Positions 1 to 13,408 of a stretch of DNA of 64,000 nt are shown here, in pieces. The number at the start of each line of letters is the position of its first letter. Position 1 is the first letter of the stretch. The stretch lies in contig NC_043008.1 of the NCBI RefSeq assembly GCF_006345805.1, forward strand, positions 75,454,001 through 75,518,000, given 5' to 3'. Both the position numbers and the translations under genes were made by a program. The notes under the pieces were generated by a model that was not told where the DNA came from, did no database searches, and saw only the letters and a program-made list of their open reading frames with translations. Origin of the DNA: Octopus sinensis (Eukaryota).

Positions 1-734
1 TCGTATAAATATATACAATCATAGATACGCGGTGCTCTTTATTAAATTACCATGTCATAAGCCGATGTGAATTGGAAGTAAACTCCAATTAAACCAACAT
101 CGTTTAGATATTAGTCTCAGACTTTATATATCTGTTTAAGGTGTCAAATTAAGAACAGAGGAAATATAGGATGTTGTGATGGTCATGGTAACACATCTGG
201 AGAGAAAGTTTTTCAACCTACAATATATTTGTATACACTGCCGTTGTAAGAATTTCATGTAACTCTCCTTGTTATTTCTTGTGATTAGAAACGATGGTTT
301 TATATTTGAAAAGAAACGTGAAGTTGTAAATTTGACACTTATTTCTGATGTAATTTCGACTAAAGAGGATTTAATTCGCTTCAGTCGAGGACTGAAATTA
401 AACACTTAGCTTCGTACATTGTTGAATTTACGAGATTTGAGAACTAAATTTTGTTATTGGGTTGTTGTTATAATCTCATATCTCATTAATATCGCGTTTA
501 GATTTATTATAGTGATATTCTTATATGGTTGCACGAAAATATAGTAAAATATATATATTTAAAAATGATATTTCTGTTCTTATAGGTACAGATATATGTG
601 AAAATTCTTAGTTCGGTAAGAATCGCTGCATACTTCGCACATAATGATTATGGCAATATATGTGCCTGTTTGTTTGTGCGCCTGTGTGTGTTTGTGCAGG
701 AGCTCGCGGGCGCGTGTATGTGAGTGTGCATATG

Positions 735-766
<32 letters not shown>

Positions 767-1479
767 AATATATACGCACTCACGCACACATATATATATA
801 TACGTATAATTATATATGATATTATGAATACGATAAAAATATACACGCTTCTAGCTACATGGTCCCAATTTTATTTTACCATAATTGCTATCGATCGGAA
901 TGAAGCGATAATCTCATTTCTCCCACATACTCTCACATTCTATAACTTTTCTCGATTATTTCCCATCCCTTCATTCTTTCTGTCTCCGAGTTTTTCCATT
1001 TTTGTTTAATATTCTGATAGCAATTACTGAACAGTTATTTGTGGACGTGATCATACGATGGAATTGATTAATTTTCATAAAGAAAATATTATCCTAACCA
1101 CCGGAGATAAGATGAAATTCTTTGATTATGTACAGCAGAGCTACGTAGTCTGAACATTCCTGACAAACTGTATCTGCTCGCTATATCGTCACGATTCTAC
1201 AACTCTTTGGGGAGATGACCTTTTTATATTAAGTAATCACTTGATTTTAGCTCGCTAATTGAACATAATATGGACACGAAGTGCGGCTGTGGTCGACACC
1301 TTTGTGATTAACTAATACAAATGATTGGTGGAAAGTTCTAATGTCTCATAATTACCTTATTTATTTGGTAATTCGGAGACATTTCAAAATAAAAAAGTAA
1401 ATATATAAAGTAAACTATTTGCATATCAATATATATTTGTATCAATATATATTAATAGTAATCAGATTAATATTAAAGA

Positions 1480-2450
1480 AAAGTAGGAATAAGATATAAA
1501 AATAACAATTTTAGGAGCACTCTATATGATATCAAAACAAAAAAAGAAACAAGAACGTAACAGGCGTCAACAAAACATTCGGACAGTAGGTGATACAAAA
1601 ATGGACAGGAAAAAACAAGGACGGGTCATTCGGAGCTTTCAATCTTCAGTCGAGACGCAGATCGTCTTTGCCGTTTTGGCCGGTTGATCTCGAGACTGCT
1701 CTAATCTGGCTGGCCCCAAGGAAATCTAAGCTAAGAGCAATAGATTCTTTGGAAGAAAGCAAGCGAATGTATACGAAAACAAGGACGTAAAAAGAACGGA
1801 GAAATGGTACACAATTACAAATACAAACAACAGGGCATTAATAACTGGTGTCTTTCGACTAAGGACGAATTAAATTGAACTGGCGTGTGTGAATGTGAAG
1901 CTTTACGGCAGGAACCTAGATGAAAGTTACGGGAAGAAATAAGAGAGATGCTACACGGATGGTAGTCGTACCAAGAAAGAAAGGTCAGGCTTGGTCGAAC
2001 ACCGTTCACGTGGAACGAGAGGAGAGAGGCAGTGTGTAGTGGTGTTGAAAAATTAGGGAGGGACAAAAAAGAGAGAAAAAAAGGAAAGGGACAAACTGAG
2101 GTAAAGGAGGGGGAAAGTCATGAGAATGAAGAGAGTGCCAAGAAATGTGTGAGATGTGGCAGCGAGAAAAAGAAAACTGGAAGGAACGAAGAAACTGTGA
2201 AAGGGGCTAAAGGAAAGAGTAAGAGTCGTACAGAATTTATATATATATACAGTTAATTCAAACATGAACAAAAGAGAAAACACAACAGCGCGAGGACGTG
2301 GAACAAGTATAGTGTTATTGGACACTCAAGAAAGGAAAGAAAGAAGGAGGATTTAACGTTTCGAGTGGAGCTCTTCGTAAGAAACATAGAAAAAGGAAAG
2401 GTCCAAGGAAGGGAAGAGGAGGAAAGAAAATCGCCAACGAAACACAAGCG
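1480..2450 (-). mobile_element. Non-coding Penelope-type pLTR-like repeat region with degenerate minimal hammerhead motifs
   Basis: Minus strand carries two hammerhead-like cores: CTTACGA-AGAGC-TCC-ACTC-GAAACGTT at about 2350-2385 and CTGAAGA...CTCCGAA at about 1625-1655. Strong purine skew, no ORF. Confidence 0.4.
2350..2387 (-). ncRNA. Minimal PLE-type hammerhead ribozyme with core mutation (probably inactive)
   Basis: Minus strand reads TTT-CTTACGA-A-GAGC-TCC-ACTC-GAAA-CG-TT-AAA. G5 is mutated (CTTACGA vs CTGANGA), stem III is palindromic (ACGT), stem I is TTT/AAA. Confidence 0.45.
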
Positions 2451-2452
2451 GT

Positions 2453-2486
<34 letters not shown>

Positions 2487-2562
2487 CATATACATATATA
2501 TATGCGGTCACACACACACACACACACTCACACACACAGACACATATATATATATATATCAG

Positions 2563-3085
2563 GAGATCCCATAAATCAAGGAACTCCCACCAGTCGGGAA
2601 AAAACAGATTGGGTGCGTTCTTTACGACGAAAACTTTCACTTTACAAGTTTTTACTCGAAATGTGATATCATTCCACCTTTTGCCTACAAAAGTTTTGTC
2701 ACCCGTCACTCCACGAGCAGTTTTCGCTGTTTTTCTTAACATAAGTTTCTCTGTTTTCTTCCACGCGTCTGTGTTAATGATATGAAGGCGGCGAGTAGGC
2801 AAAAACGTTAGCCGGGCGAAATGCTTAGTAGTATTTCGTCTGCCGTTACGTTCTGAGTTCAAATTCCGCCGAGGTCGACTTTGCCTTTCATCCTTTCGGA
2901 GTCGATTAAATAAGTACCAGTTACGCACTGGGGTCGATATAATCGACTTAATCCGTGTGTCTGTCCTTGTTTCTTCTCTCTGTGTTTTGCCCCTTGTAGG
3001 TGGTAAAGAAATAGATATCAATGTCACCACCAGTATCTAGTCGTAAATTGACCTTTCTACTTTTGTTCTGCAGTGTGAATTCTGT
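2563..3085 (-). pseudogene. Gypsy-type LTR retrotransposon aspartic protease relic, split by a SINE
   Basis: Removing the SINE (2785-3015) joins KVNLRLDTGGDIDI to INTDAWKK...ARGVTG...KVKVFVVKNAPNLFFPDWWEFLDLW. This has the DTG active site and the NLFGxDW-like motif of Gypsy proteases. Confidence 0.75.
2785..3015 (+). mobile_element. tRNA-derived SINE, family A
   Basis: GAAGGCGGCGAG head and GTTCTGAGTTCAAATTCCGCCGAGGTCGACTTTGCC B-box region. Same family recurs at 28.7, 30.9, 45.7 and 61.7 kb. GATAT on both flanks is a possible TSD. Confidence 0.85.
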
Positions 3086-3099
3086 AACATTTTAATTTT

Positions 3100-6000
3100 G
3101 AAAAGGACAATCTTTTCTGAACCGTAGGCCTCCATATCCATAATTAAGACGTAGATAATAACAAAGTTCTTACAGCTTTCCACCATGCCATATATTTCCC
3201 CACAGATAAATCTAACACTATACAAACCTACATAAACTGGAGACAGAAACACTCTGAAGTAAGACTCTACATAGACAGTAACAAACTTGCCAACGTCAAA
3301 ATAAAAAAAAATACTGACCAAATTAAACAAGCAGTAACTGATAAAAACAACGAGTACTGCAGCTAAAAAAGATAATACAGAGGAAATAATTATAGACCAG
3401 CCCAGAGCTGATAAAAACGCAGTAAGGATTGAAAGAATTGGTATAACTGATAGGCAAAGTGAAATACTCCCTGAACCAATCATAAACACAAAGACAGATG
3501 AATATCAAATAGAAGAAGAAAGTCACACAAATATTGACCCAATAGAACTGCATGAGCTAAAGAATCAAATCATGATTGAATGGCTGAAAATTAAAGAAAC
3601 CAGTATGGATGAACGCGATACACTCCCTAAAATCCGCAACTTTATCCAAAACATGAAAATAATTGGTAAAATCCGCTTTCCACTTATGGATATAATTTCA
3701 TCTAATGATGTTAATATCACAGATCTCAACCATCTGTACTAGGCATCCACGAAAATCACAACGATTCTATGTGGTGAAAAGATTAGAAAACGGGAACATT
3801 CCCACAAGAAGCCTTCTTGGCAAGAGCGTATCCAACATCAAATTAAACTACTTAGGTCTGACATAGAATGTTAGAAAAACCTTAAGCTTGACAAGACTAC
3901 CAAACCTACAAAAACCTAAAAATTAAAGAAAAAATATAATATGAAAACTATACTTGATATTGATGCCACTATAGAAACCATCAAGCAAAAGGTATCTGCT
4001 AAAGCTGCCCGCATAGCGAGGTTTGAAAGCGTGTTAGATTCTTCAAGGACAACAACATGTTTCAAACTAACCACAAAAATGTTTAAAGGAAGATAGGGAA
4101 AACACCAGTTACTGTAAAGTCTGTACCATCAAAAGAAGAAGTGCCGGGCTTTTGGAGTAAACTTTGGGCAGGAGAAAAAACACACAACGAAAAGGCCCCT
4201 TGGATTGATAGAATAGCTACAGACTTGTATTCCTTAGAGGAGCAAAAGTGGGAGGGTGTCAAGGTAGAAGATGTAAGGTCTGCTCTCAGGTCAAGCAAAT
4301 GGAAGTCCCCAGGAAAGGATAAAATTCCTAACTTCTGGTTAAAAGCCTTCCCAGAGAGCCACGAACTGTTAACAGAACATTACAGGGATGTTTTGCAACC
4401 CTAGCAGGATGCCTGCCTGGCTAGTTAATGGTTTAACATTCCTGCTCCCCAAAAGTGAAGAAACAAATTAACCAAAAAACTATAGACCCATAACCTGCTT
4501 AACAACTATGTATAAAACGCTAACATCTGTCCTGACGGAATATACCTATAGTTTTTTAACAGACAGCAGCATATTCCCTAATGAACAGAAAGGATGTAAA
4601 CGTGGATCATATGGTTGTAAAGATCAACTACTCATCAATACGATGATCTTAGAAGATTGTCACAAACGGCACAAAACCTTGTCAATAGCCTGGATCGACT
4701 ATAAAAAAGGCTTTTGATAGCCTACCACATAGCTGGATTAAGAAATGCCTGGAAATGTATAAAATAGCGCTTACTTTGCGAAACGTTTTGTCTGTAAGTA
4801 TGAGATCATGGAGAACCACACTAACTTTGAACAGTGACGATGAATCTCTAAATGCTGGTGATGTAAAAAATTTCATGTGGCATTTTCTAGGGTGACTCAT
4901 TATCACCACTTCTCTTTTGTTTAGCTTTAATACCTCTCTCAAAATTGCTCAATGACGCACAGTACGGATATAAAATGTTGGATGAAAATATAAATACTCT
5001 CATTTACATAGATGATTTAAAGCTCTTTGCAAAAAATGTCCAACAACTCAAGGGCTTACTAACGATTGTTAACAATTCAGTGATGACATCAGAATGCAAT
5101 TTGGCCTCGATAAGTGTGCAAAAGCTACCTTTATCAAAGGAAAAATGACAGAAACATCTAACGTTTACCTCGACCAGCAGAATGTCATAAAAGAATTAGA
5201 CCCAGAGGAGAGCTACAAGTACCTAGGGGTAATTGAAGGGAACGGAATAAGGCATTCAGTGATGAAGGAAAAGATCAGGAGAAAATGTTATCGCAGAGTA
5301 AGAGCAATACTCAAGACAGAGCTGAATGCGAGAAACAGGATGGAAGCGATCAATGCTTTAGCCATACCAGTCGTGACTTACAGTTTCAACATCGTTAACT
5401 GGTCAATTACTGAAATATGTAATCTTGACAAAAAAATACGAAAACTGTTGACAATGCATAGAATGCACCACCCTAAGGCAGATATAGAACGACTTTACCT
5501 GCCAAGAAAAGAGGGAGGCCGTGGACTTTTACAACTGGCAATATCAATGAAGATTGCTACAATTGGCTTAGACACCTACCTGAAAAACTCTGAGGACTGG
5601 ATGTTAAAACTTATCTGAAAACATGAAAACATGAAAGCATCATACTTAGTAACAAAACAGGCAAAGGAATATCTAAGTGAATTCCGAATACAACGAATTT
5701 CGGAATTAGATATTCAAGAAACAAGCACAGAAAAAGCTAAGCGCATGAAAACCCGTGCTAAAACTGCTGCCTTAGATATTCTGAATGATAAATGGCAAGA
5801 AAAACCTCTCAATGGCAAATACCCAAAGAGAGCGAATAATACAGATGTTGACACAGCCCTGACCCATCAATGGCTAATGGCCACTGGCTTAAAATCTGAA
5901 ACAGAAGGTTTTATCATAGCAGCTCAAGATCAGTGCCTACCAACAAGGAACTACCAGGCCAACATATTAAAGAACGGCATTAGCCCAACATGTCGTGTAT

Positions 6001-6745
6001 GTCAAAAACAAAATGAAACCATTGATCATGTTGTCTCCAAGTGCAGTCTTCCTGTGCCTACTGAGTATCTCAACAGACATGATAGAACTGCACAATATAT
6101 TCACAGGGTAATTTGCAAAACCCTGGTCTTGCCCCATGATAAAAACTGGTGGGAACACAAACTACCTGCAGTGCTTGAAAATGGCCACATCTCACTCCTC
6201 TGGAACTTCACCATTCAAACCGACAGAAAGATAGATGCTAATAGGCCATACATCATATTGAAAGACTTCAAACAAAGACCATGCCTCCTCATTGATATGA
6301 CTGTCCCAATCGATATAAACGTATCTGTCAAGACCTGCCAGAAACTGAGGAAATATAAAGATCTGGAAATAGAAATCAGCAAAATGTGTAACCTGAAGAC
6401 TAAAACAATACCTATTGTCATAGGTACCCTCGGAATTATAGCAAAAGGGGATGATTGCTACCTAACTGAGATACCAGGAAACCCCAAAATGGCAGAAATT
6501 CAAAACAGTGCTCATGGGAACTGCTCATATCCTACGCAAAATACTTTCTATGTAATCTCAAGTTTTAAAACAAACATAATTTTCGTATGGATTTTTAGGC
6601 ATTCACTATTACAACACTAAGTACAAAATCAAATATATGGCCACCCTAGGCATAACACCAACACGAACTTCCTACTTGTTGTCTCTTGAGGTCTCTTGGT
6701 GAGACTTGGAGCCAGCTTGTGCAAATGTAAAAGAAAAGTCAAACA
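3100..6745 (+). mobile_element. R4/Dong-clade non-LTR retrotransposon (Dong-1), near full length, degenerate
   Basis: Fragmented single ORF: N-terminal SNKLANV, KSPGKDKIPNFWLK, YRPITCL, EQKGCKRGSYGCKDQLLI, WIDYKK, YIDDLKL, YKYLG, CRVC..ETIDHVVSKC (CCHC), RHD and RP..I..D..LLIDMTVP..KY (RLE). Ends in an (AAT)n tail. Multiple stops and frameshifts. Confidence 0.9.
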
Positions 6746-6813
6746 TAATAATAATAATAACAACAATAACAACAACAACAACAGCAGCAGCAACAACAAC
6801 AACAACAACAACG

Positions 6814-6878
<65 letters not shown>
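6746..6878 (+). repeat. Compound (AAT)/(AAC)/(AGC) microsatellite, tail of Dong-1
   Basis: Read directly from the sequence. Confidence 0.95.
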
Positions 6879-6881
<3 letters not shown>

Positions 6882-7896
6882 AAAACTGTTTTCAGTATTA
6901 AAGGAAGCTGACAAATACAAACAAGATATCATACTATCTAACAAATATGAAGAAGAAAAGAAGAAAAAACAAAAGCAATAAAACAAAAGAAATCCAAACT
7001 AAAACTAAAACAGCAACGGACCATGATTAAACGCTTGCAAGGAAAGCCCCTTCGTGACAAATACTGGGCTAAACGATATGCAAAAGAAATAGAGAGAGTA
7101 AAATCCCAGCAATGTTTGAGAAGCTCAGGACTCAAAGCAGAGACGGAAGAATTTTTTTATTGCAGCACAAGACCAAAGCCCCCACACTAGAAATTACCAA
7201 AAACATATAATGAAAAGAAACATAAGTAACTGCAGAATATGTGGAGATGGACAAGAAACAATAAATCATATTATCTCTGGCTTCCCAGTCCTGGCTAAGA
7301 AGGAACATATTTACAGACACGACAGTGTTGAGACCTACATACACTGGATGCTACGCCAACACTATGGAATAACAACAGAAAAAAGATGGTATAGGCACAC
7401 GCCAGAAAAGGTCATAGAAAACGAGAAAGCAACTACACACTGGGATATGCCAATACACACAGATAGAGAAATTAAGGCCAATAGGCCAAATATAGTTGTC
7501 AGAGATCATGAATGAAAAACAATGATTTCTAATTGATGTATCAATACGAGCAGATGACAACGTCTCTCTAAAAGAAATGGAGAAACTTTCAAATTACAAA
7601 GACCTGGAAATAGAGGTAACTCGAATGTGGAATCTAAGAACAGAAACAATTCCTATCAAAGTAGGCGCATTAGGTATGATAAAAAATATTCAGACAAATA
7701 CATAACAAAAATACCAGGACTTACAAATATATATAACATACAGAAAGTTGCACTACTGGTCACTGCACACATCCTACGGAAAAGACTTTCAATACAGTAA
7801 CCATATGAACATTATAACAAACCACAGCAAATACCCAAGGCACACAGAGCTGCGCTCCGTAGTGAAGTGAAAGCACGCTTAAAAATAAAACTACTG

Positions 7897-7898
<2 letters not shown>
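6879..7898 (+). mobile_element. 5'-truncated R4/Dong-clade LINE (Dong-2), different subfamily
   Basis: LKAETE..IAAQDQ, CRICGDGQETINHIISG, YRHD, DREIKANRPNIVVRD and the KY motif. 3'UTR differs from Dong-1. Ends in (AAT)n. Confidence 0.88.

Positions 7899-7969
<71 letters not shown>
7899..7969 (+). repeat. (AAT)n microsatellite between Dong-2 and Tx1 copy A
   Basis: About 24 perfect AAT units. Confidence 0.97.
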
Positions 7970-7972
<3 letters not shown>

Positions 7973-8237
7973 TCTTTTATTGGCCACAAGGGCTGACACA
8001 AGCCAATTATTACTTAAAAGGACAAAAGCAGGACGAAAGGTTACAAAGGGTTTTGTCCGTCTGTGAAAAAAACCGAGTAAAAAGCAGTTTAACAACGGAA
8101 ATATAACAACGAAAAACTCACAATAGGGGGAGGCGTTTCGAAAGATTCCTGGTGGAAAAAACCCATAAAAGCCAACGGGAGCCTGGTCAAAAAGGGGGGT
8201 AGGGAGCCCCTTTCTCCTTTTATATTACCTTTTTAAA

Positions 8238-11200
8238 TCACATGTGCAACCTCAGAATGTCTCCTTTCATACTGGCCATTCTTGCGACATTTATCCACCT
8301 TTCAGCAAACTTGCTATCGGACAGCACTTCTCTCTCTACTCTCACCTTCCTTTTCAAGTGAAACTTGAAAAAGTTGATGAGGCCTGGGCCAAAGAGGAAA
8401 GTGTCTGACGTTAGCCCTTTCAAACGGGTCCACCATACAACCTCTTTCGTTACAGCGACTAGGCAAAGGAAAACTGCCTTGCCCTCCCGGTTAAAGGAGG
8501 TCGACGGGGCAATCTTCACTATGGATTCAGCTGATAGCCCCATCCGTCCTATACGCGACAGTAGCTGTTCGACATAAACCCATAGTTCAGCATTACTCAG
8601 ACACTGGACGAACGCGTGCAAAACGGTTTCGTCGTCCTGGCAGCATCTCGGGCAGGTCCGGCTGACGGCACTTCCGTGCTGGTAGAGTTTATCCCGAACA
8701 GGCAGAACTCCTAGGTAGCACTACCAGGCGAGCGACCTCTGGAAATTATCCATTGGCCCCGGCCCGAAAGTCCTTCCGAGCAGACTGCTCAGCTCGTTAT
8801 CGTCAACGCCTAGAATTTTCCCGAGAATGTCGTCGCACTTTTCTTCCACTAACCCTCTATGGAACGCTAGGGTGGAACTACTACCGATCGCATTGCCCGC
8901 CTGGCGGAGGGCGAAGAGAGCTTAACGGCACTCGAGGTGCCAAGCGCCCTTTCTCGGTCTACGCTTGATCCAGGTCTGCAGCTCGGTCAAAGAGACGAGC
9001 TGCGGAAAGTCGCGTCTGACAAAAGACGACCACACATGTTCACCATCTACGAAACACTTGAGATGCCGTACCCTGAGCACATGTCTGCGCATCAGTAACC
9101 AAGGCATGCCAAGGCCTCCGTTCAGCGGTCGTTGACAGCAGATGGATCGCCTGACCAGTGGTTCCTGACCCTTCCACTAAAAGTCGAAGAGCAGGCGTCC
9201 CAGCTTGGCCAACCAGCGGTCGGGACAAGGGACGACGGTCAAGCGGTAATAGATGACGGATGCGTTGTACGCCATTCGCCACCTCCGCTCGACCTTTCAA
9301 GGACAGCTTCCCCTAGGCCCATTTCTGGGTGAGATTGGGCACCCTGCTTGTTACTTCTTCCCAGTTTTTATCCACCTGGAGGTCCGAACCGAACCAGACT
9401 CCGAGCAGTTTAACAGGTCCGTCTTTCCAGCGCCCTACGACGCTGTTGGGCGGCATGGACTTACCTCTCCAGGTGCCTAGTTGCAAGCCCACGGACTTTT
9501 CCGCGTTAATTTTTGCTCCTGTCACCGCTTCGTATTCGTTTAGCGTCTCGCCAATTAGGTCAATGTGCCTGTGGCTCGATACCATCACGGTGACGTCGTC
9601 GGCATAGGCAGACACGCTGTTTCCACCTCCTAGATCGCGCGGGATACCCCTCAAAGCCTCCAACTTGCGCAGTAATGGCTCGAGAGTCAATACGTACAAG
9701 AGAGAGGAGAGAGGGCATCCTTGGCGGACCGAACGCGAGATGTCAAACGGCTCTGAAAGGTGACCGTTCACCCGTATCGCCGATCAGATGTTGCTGTATA
9801 AAGCAGCGATCCACCCGCAGAAGACTGGACCGAAGCCGGCTGCCTTGAGAAAAGCTGCCAGGTATCGATGGTCGACCCTATCGAAAGCTTTACTCTGATC
9901 TAAATTGATCAAAGCCTCACCCGCGCCAGCGTCGTTACCCACCCTTTCTATGGTGTAGCGCATGAGATTGAGATTATCGTGTATCGACATGGTCGGCACG
10001 GCGCATGTCTGCCCCTTGCCAACCAACTCGTCCACGACAAGCGCCAATCTCTTGGCTAACACCTTGGTCAAAATCTTCAGCTCTGCATTGAGTGATGGGA
10101 CGAAAGTTACCTATAATGTCCCCCTTGTTTGGGTCCTTTCTCAGCAAAGCCACCACTCCTCGACAAACAAAAGCAGGAATTCTCCCGTTTTGCTGCCAGT
10201 TGCAGTAGACGTTTGCCAAGAGGCCCGCAAATAAGTCTGGCATTGAAGTGTAAAGCTCGTAGAGCAGACCATCCAGAACCGGCGATCTACCTCTCGTGCA
10301 GCTTTTCATCGCTTCCTCCAATTCCCAGGCAGATATCGGCCTTTTGCAGCACTCTGCCTCGCTGTCCGAGAGTTGCGGTAGGCCGTCCAGGTACACACCG
10401 AAGCCTGCACCGTTGTCCGTCCCACCGCCCCTCCCAAACAGTTGGTCAAAGTGCCGCTGAAATACCGCACACATCTGCTTGGACTCGGAAATCTCGCGCC
10501 CGTTCTGGTCCACCAAAGACCGAATGGTCTCACTGTCGCCCCGCTTCGCCTCCGCCACGCGGGCCCATCGAGCGGCCTTAGTCCCCTCCCTGCTTAGCGA
10601 ACGCGCCTTAGCTCTGACAATGCAACCTTCGTGTTTGGCGTAAAATTGTTGGTCGAGGGCCAACCTAGCCGCCAACACGTCGGTTGCGATGCCTGTCGCA
10701 AGAGCCTCGTCTAGTTTTCTAACTAAATCCCGTTCCGTTTTCCTACGTTCCACAGCTAGAGCCTTACTAAACCTAATCGACTCTTCTATAATTGCTCTCT
10801 TGAGGGCAAACCATCAGTTGTTGTTGATGATTGCCCCGTGAGCGCCCGTTTAACTAATAAATTAATCCGGTCTCTGTAGGCTTTGCACGCCGTTAACGAC
10901 GCGTTCAGCTTCCAGTAGCCGGGTCTCTGTCTACGTAGCCTATCTAAGTCGACCGTACAGATCACGAATTTGTGGTCCGTGTAGTCGACTAGGTGGAAAT
11001 GTGGACACCCTATGCTGTCCTTATCCGCTTGCCTACAGAACACTCTATCTAAGTACGTGCTAGACGACACGATACGATTAGTCCAAGTCCACATTGGCAC
11101 ATTCGAGTTGTCTAGTCGAAACCTGTCGGACAGCTGAATGCGTCTGAGCAGGTTGGCGAGGCTCTTGCACCTCCCTCTCCTATCAGAAGCTCCTGTGCCC

Positions 11201-11560
11201 ACCCGATCGAAACGTTCGTCTAAGACAGCGTTCCAATTCCCAACTAGCACTAGAGTGCGTGACGTTCCTAGGAAAACTTCCAGACACTTGAAATACTCGG
11301 ACTGCCCCGCTCCTATGGGAGCGTAGGCAGCCAGCAGTCTGAAAGCACCGCCATCACTACAGTCTACGTCAAGGACACGGAGATAGAAAAATCTCGTATC
11401 CGCCGAAAAGGGCTGCGAATTCCTGCGGGTCGGAGAGCCTGGTTTCACTAATGGCTGCTACATCCACGCTGTGAGACCTCAGGTCGTTTAACAGGTGGCC
11501 CTGTTTCCAAGGTGACTCGAGGCCTCTCACATTTAGGCATCCTATTCTGAGTTTAGCCAT
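8238..11560 (-). pseudogene. Copy A ORF2 (APE endonuclease + RT + CCHC), disrupted
   Basis: MAKLRIGCLNVRGL, ISETRL, YTDHKFV, GYWKLNASL, LDQSKAFDRVDH, VRQGCPLS and AYADD spread over several frames. Confidence 0.9.
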
Positions 11561-11595
11561 GTTTTTCTAAAAGGTTTAAAAAGGAGAAAAAGACT

Positions 11596-13408
11596 CTACT
11601 TACTGTTGTTTGGTGGGGTGGCTCGCTTGTGCTTTTGCACGAGTGTTTCCACCAACAAGTTTTTATATAGTTCATGGGAGAAATTCCTCCCTAGCGACCC
11701 GACATCGTTAGGGAATTTCTCCTTAATAATGTTGTATTTGTTTTCAGTAATTTTTATTGTGAGAATGTGTGCTGGTGGTGTGTTATGTGTTGGTTTAATG
11801 AAATCTGTTATTTTTGTGTCTGTTTTTTCCTTTAGGTATGCAACAAGTTTTTCGTTTTTCGTGTTTATTGCTGTAACGGTGCCTCTGTGTGTTGGTGTGT
11901 GTGGCAGTAATGGTGGCGAAAGTGTTTTTTCTTTTTATTTGTTGTTGTGAGTGCATGTTGTTGTTGTTGATTTGAGGAAGCTCTATTTGTTCTTGCTTCC
12001 CCTGTGTTTTGTGTGTGTCTTTTTGCTTCCTCCGTCTTTTCTTTTTGGGTGGCACAGTTTTCCACACCCCTTTTTCGCTATCAGTGCTCGCAGAATCCGA
12101 GCTTACCTGATCCGGAAAAGGGGACATTTGTTGGGTCAACATTAGGTCGAAAGTCATTGTTTGCTGTAGTGGTAGGTGTTGGGGACGGAGTTGCTGCTTC
12201 TTTTTGTGTGGTCTTTCTTGGTGTTGGTGTTGGTTTGGTGATTGCTGGAGCTGGTGTTGTACTTCGTGGTGTTGGTGATGGTGTTGGTGGTGTGGCAGCC
12301 TTTGGTGTTTCGTGCTGTTGTTGTTTTTGTTGTTCTTGTTGTTGCTGCTGCTGCTGCCTCTTGCCTTCGGCCTCCATTCTTTTCTTATAAATGGGGCAGT
12401 CCATTTTTAGGTGGCTTTCGCTGCTGCAGAGGTAACATTTTGGCTTTCGCCCCTCCACAACAACGTGTAATCTGGTGCTGTCCGGCAAATTAACGGAATG
12501 TAGATGGTATGGATGTTTTCTTGTTGCATCTGCGCCAGGAGCAGAACTCCCATTCCTGACCACTTCTTCTCCTTTACTCTCCGTACATCCAGAATAGTGG
12601 CAGTGTCCTCTATGTCATAGAGGACAGCTGCCACCAGCCAAGATATATCGAGCTTGGGCGGCACCTGGTCAATTTTTATTTTCGTTACTCGCCGACCGAG
12701 GTAGGTTGGGACGATTAACAAATTTTCGGTTTGCAAGGGCGAAATGGCATGCGCCCTTGCATCCTCCTCCGTTCGGAAACGAACCTCTACAGTTCCAAAA
12801 CGCTTCACCTTGGTCACATAGCACTTTTGTCCCCAAATGGGCTTCAGAGCTATTTCCAGATGTTGCGGTGAGGCGTTTGTAATTTTTTTGCATTTTTTGT
12901 CGAAAATTTTCTAAGTGACTGATTTTTTGTTTGCTTCATTAATTACTTCTTGTGGAGTACTGAGGAAAATGCTATTGCCTTCTTTCCTCAATAACACCTT
13001 TGCTTTTTTTATCTCTTGTATTGTAACTTTTATTTCCTCCGAAACCTGCTTTGCAGCGGAGGCGAAGCCGTTAGAATTTTGTTCACTGTTTTTGCTCGTG
13101 GTTGTGTCTTTGTTATTCATGGGTTGCCCTTCCTCCCTCTCCGGTACCGGAGCATTGGTGGAGGGAATAGGAGGGAAATCCTCAATGACGTCAAAAGTGA
13201 CGTCCTGATTTTCTTTCTCATTCCGAACGCTGCTCGTGCCGACAGCTTCACAGATTTTTTGTTGCCTTTTATGCCGCGAAGTGGGAGGTTCAGAACCGTG
13301 TTTGATGGTGTGTGTGTTTGCGGAGGGTGTGATGTTGGTAGAAGGGAACAGCCGACTGGTCTCTACATAGCCTTTTTTTGTTTCAAAAAGTTGGTATATT
13401 TTTTGCAA
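11596..13408 (-). pseudogene. Copy A ORF1 (gag-like, zinc knuckle), frameshifted
   Basis: KRFGTVEVRF..PTYLGRRVTK, KPKCYLCSSESHLKMDCP (CX2CX4HX4C), polyQ and T/P-rich tract, WKTVPPKKKRRRK. Confidence 0.85.

Noticed and set aside
60-100. Hammerhead-like CCGATGTG-AATTGGA/TCCAATT-AAAC
   Set aside because: A hairpin is present, but both core segments are mutated and no stem I or III was found.
580-1009. YI/CV-rich ORFs here and at 33.6-34.3, 42.2-42.7, 51.6-51.9 and 58.3-58.8 kb
   Set aside because: Translations of TA/CA/GATA microsatellites.
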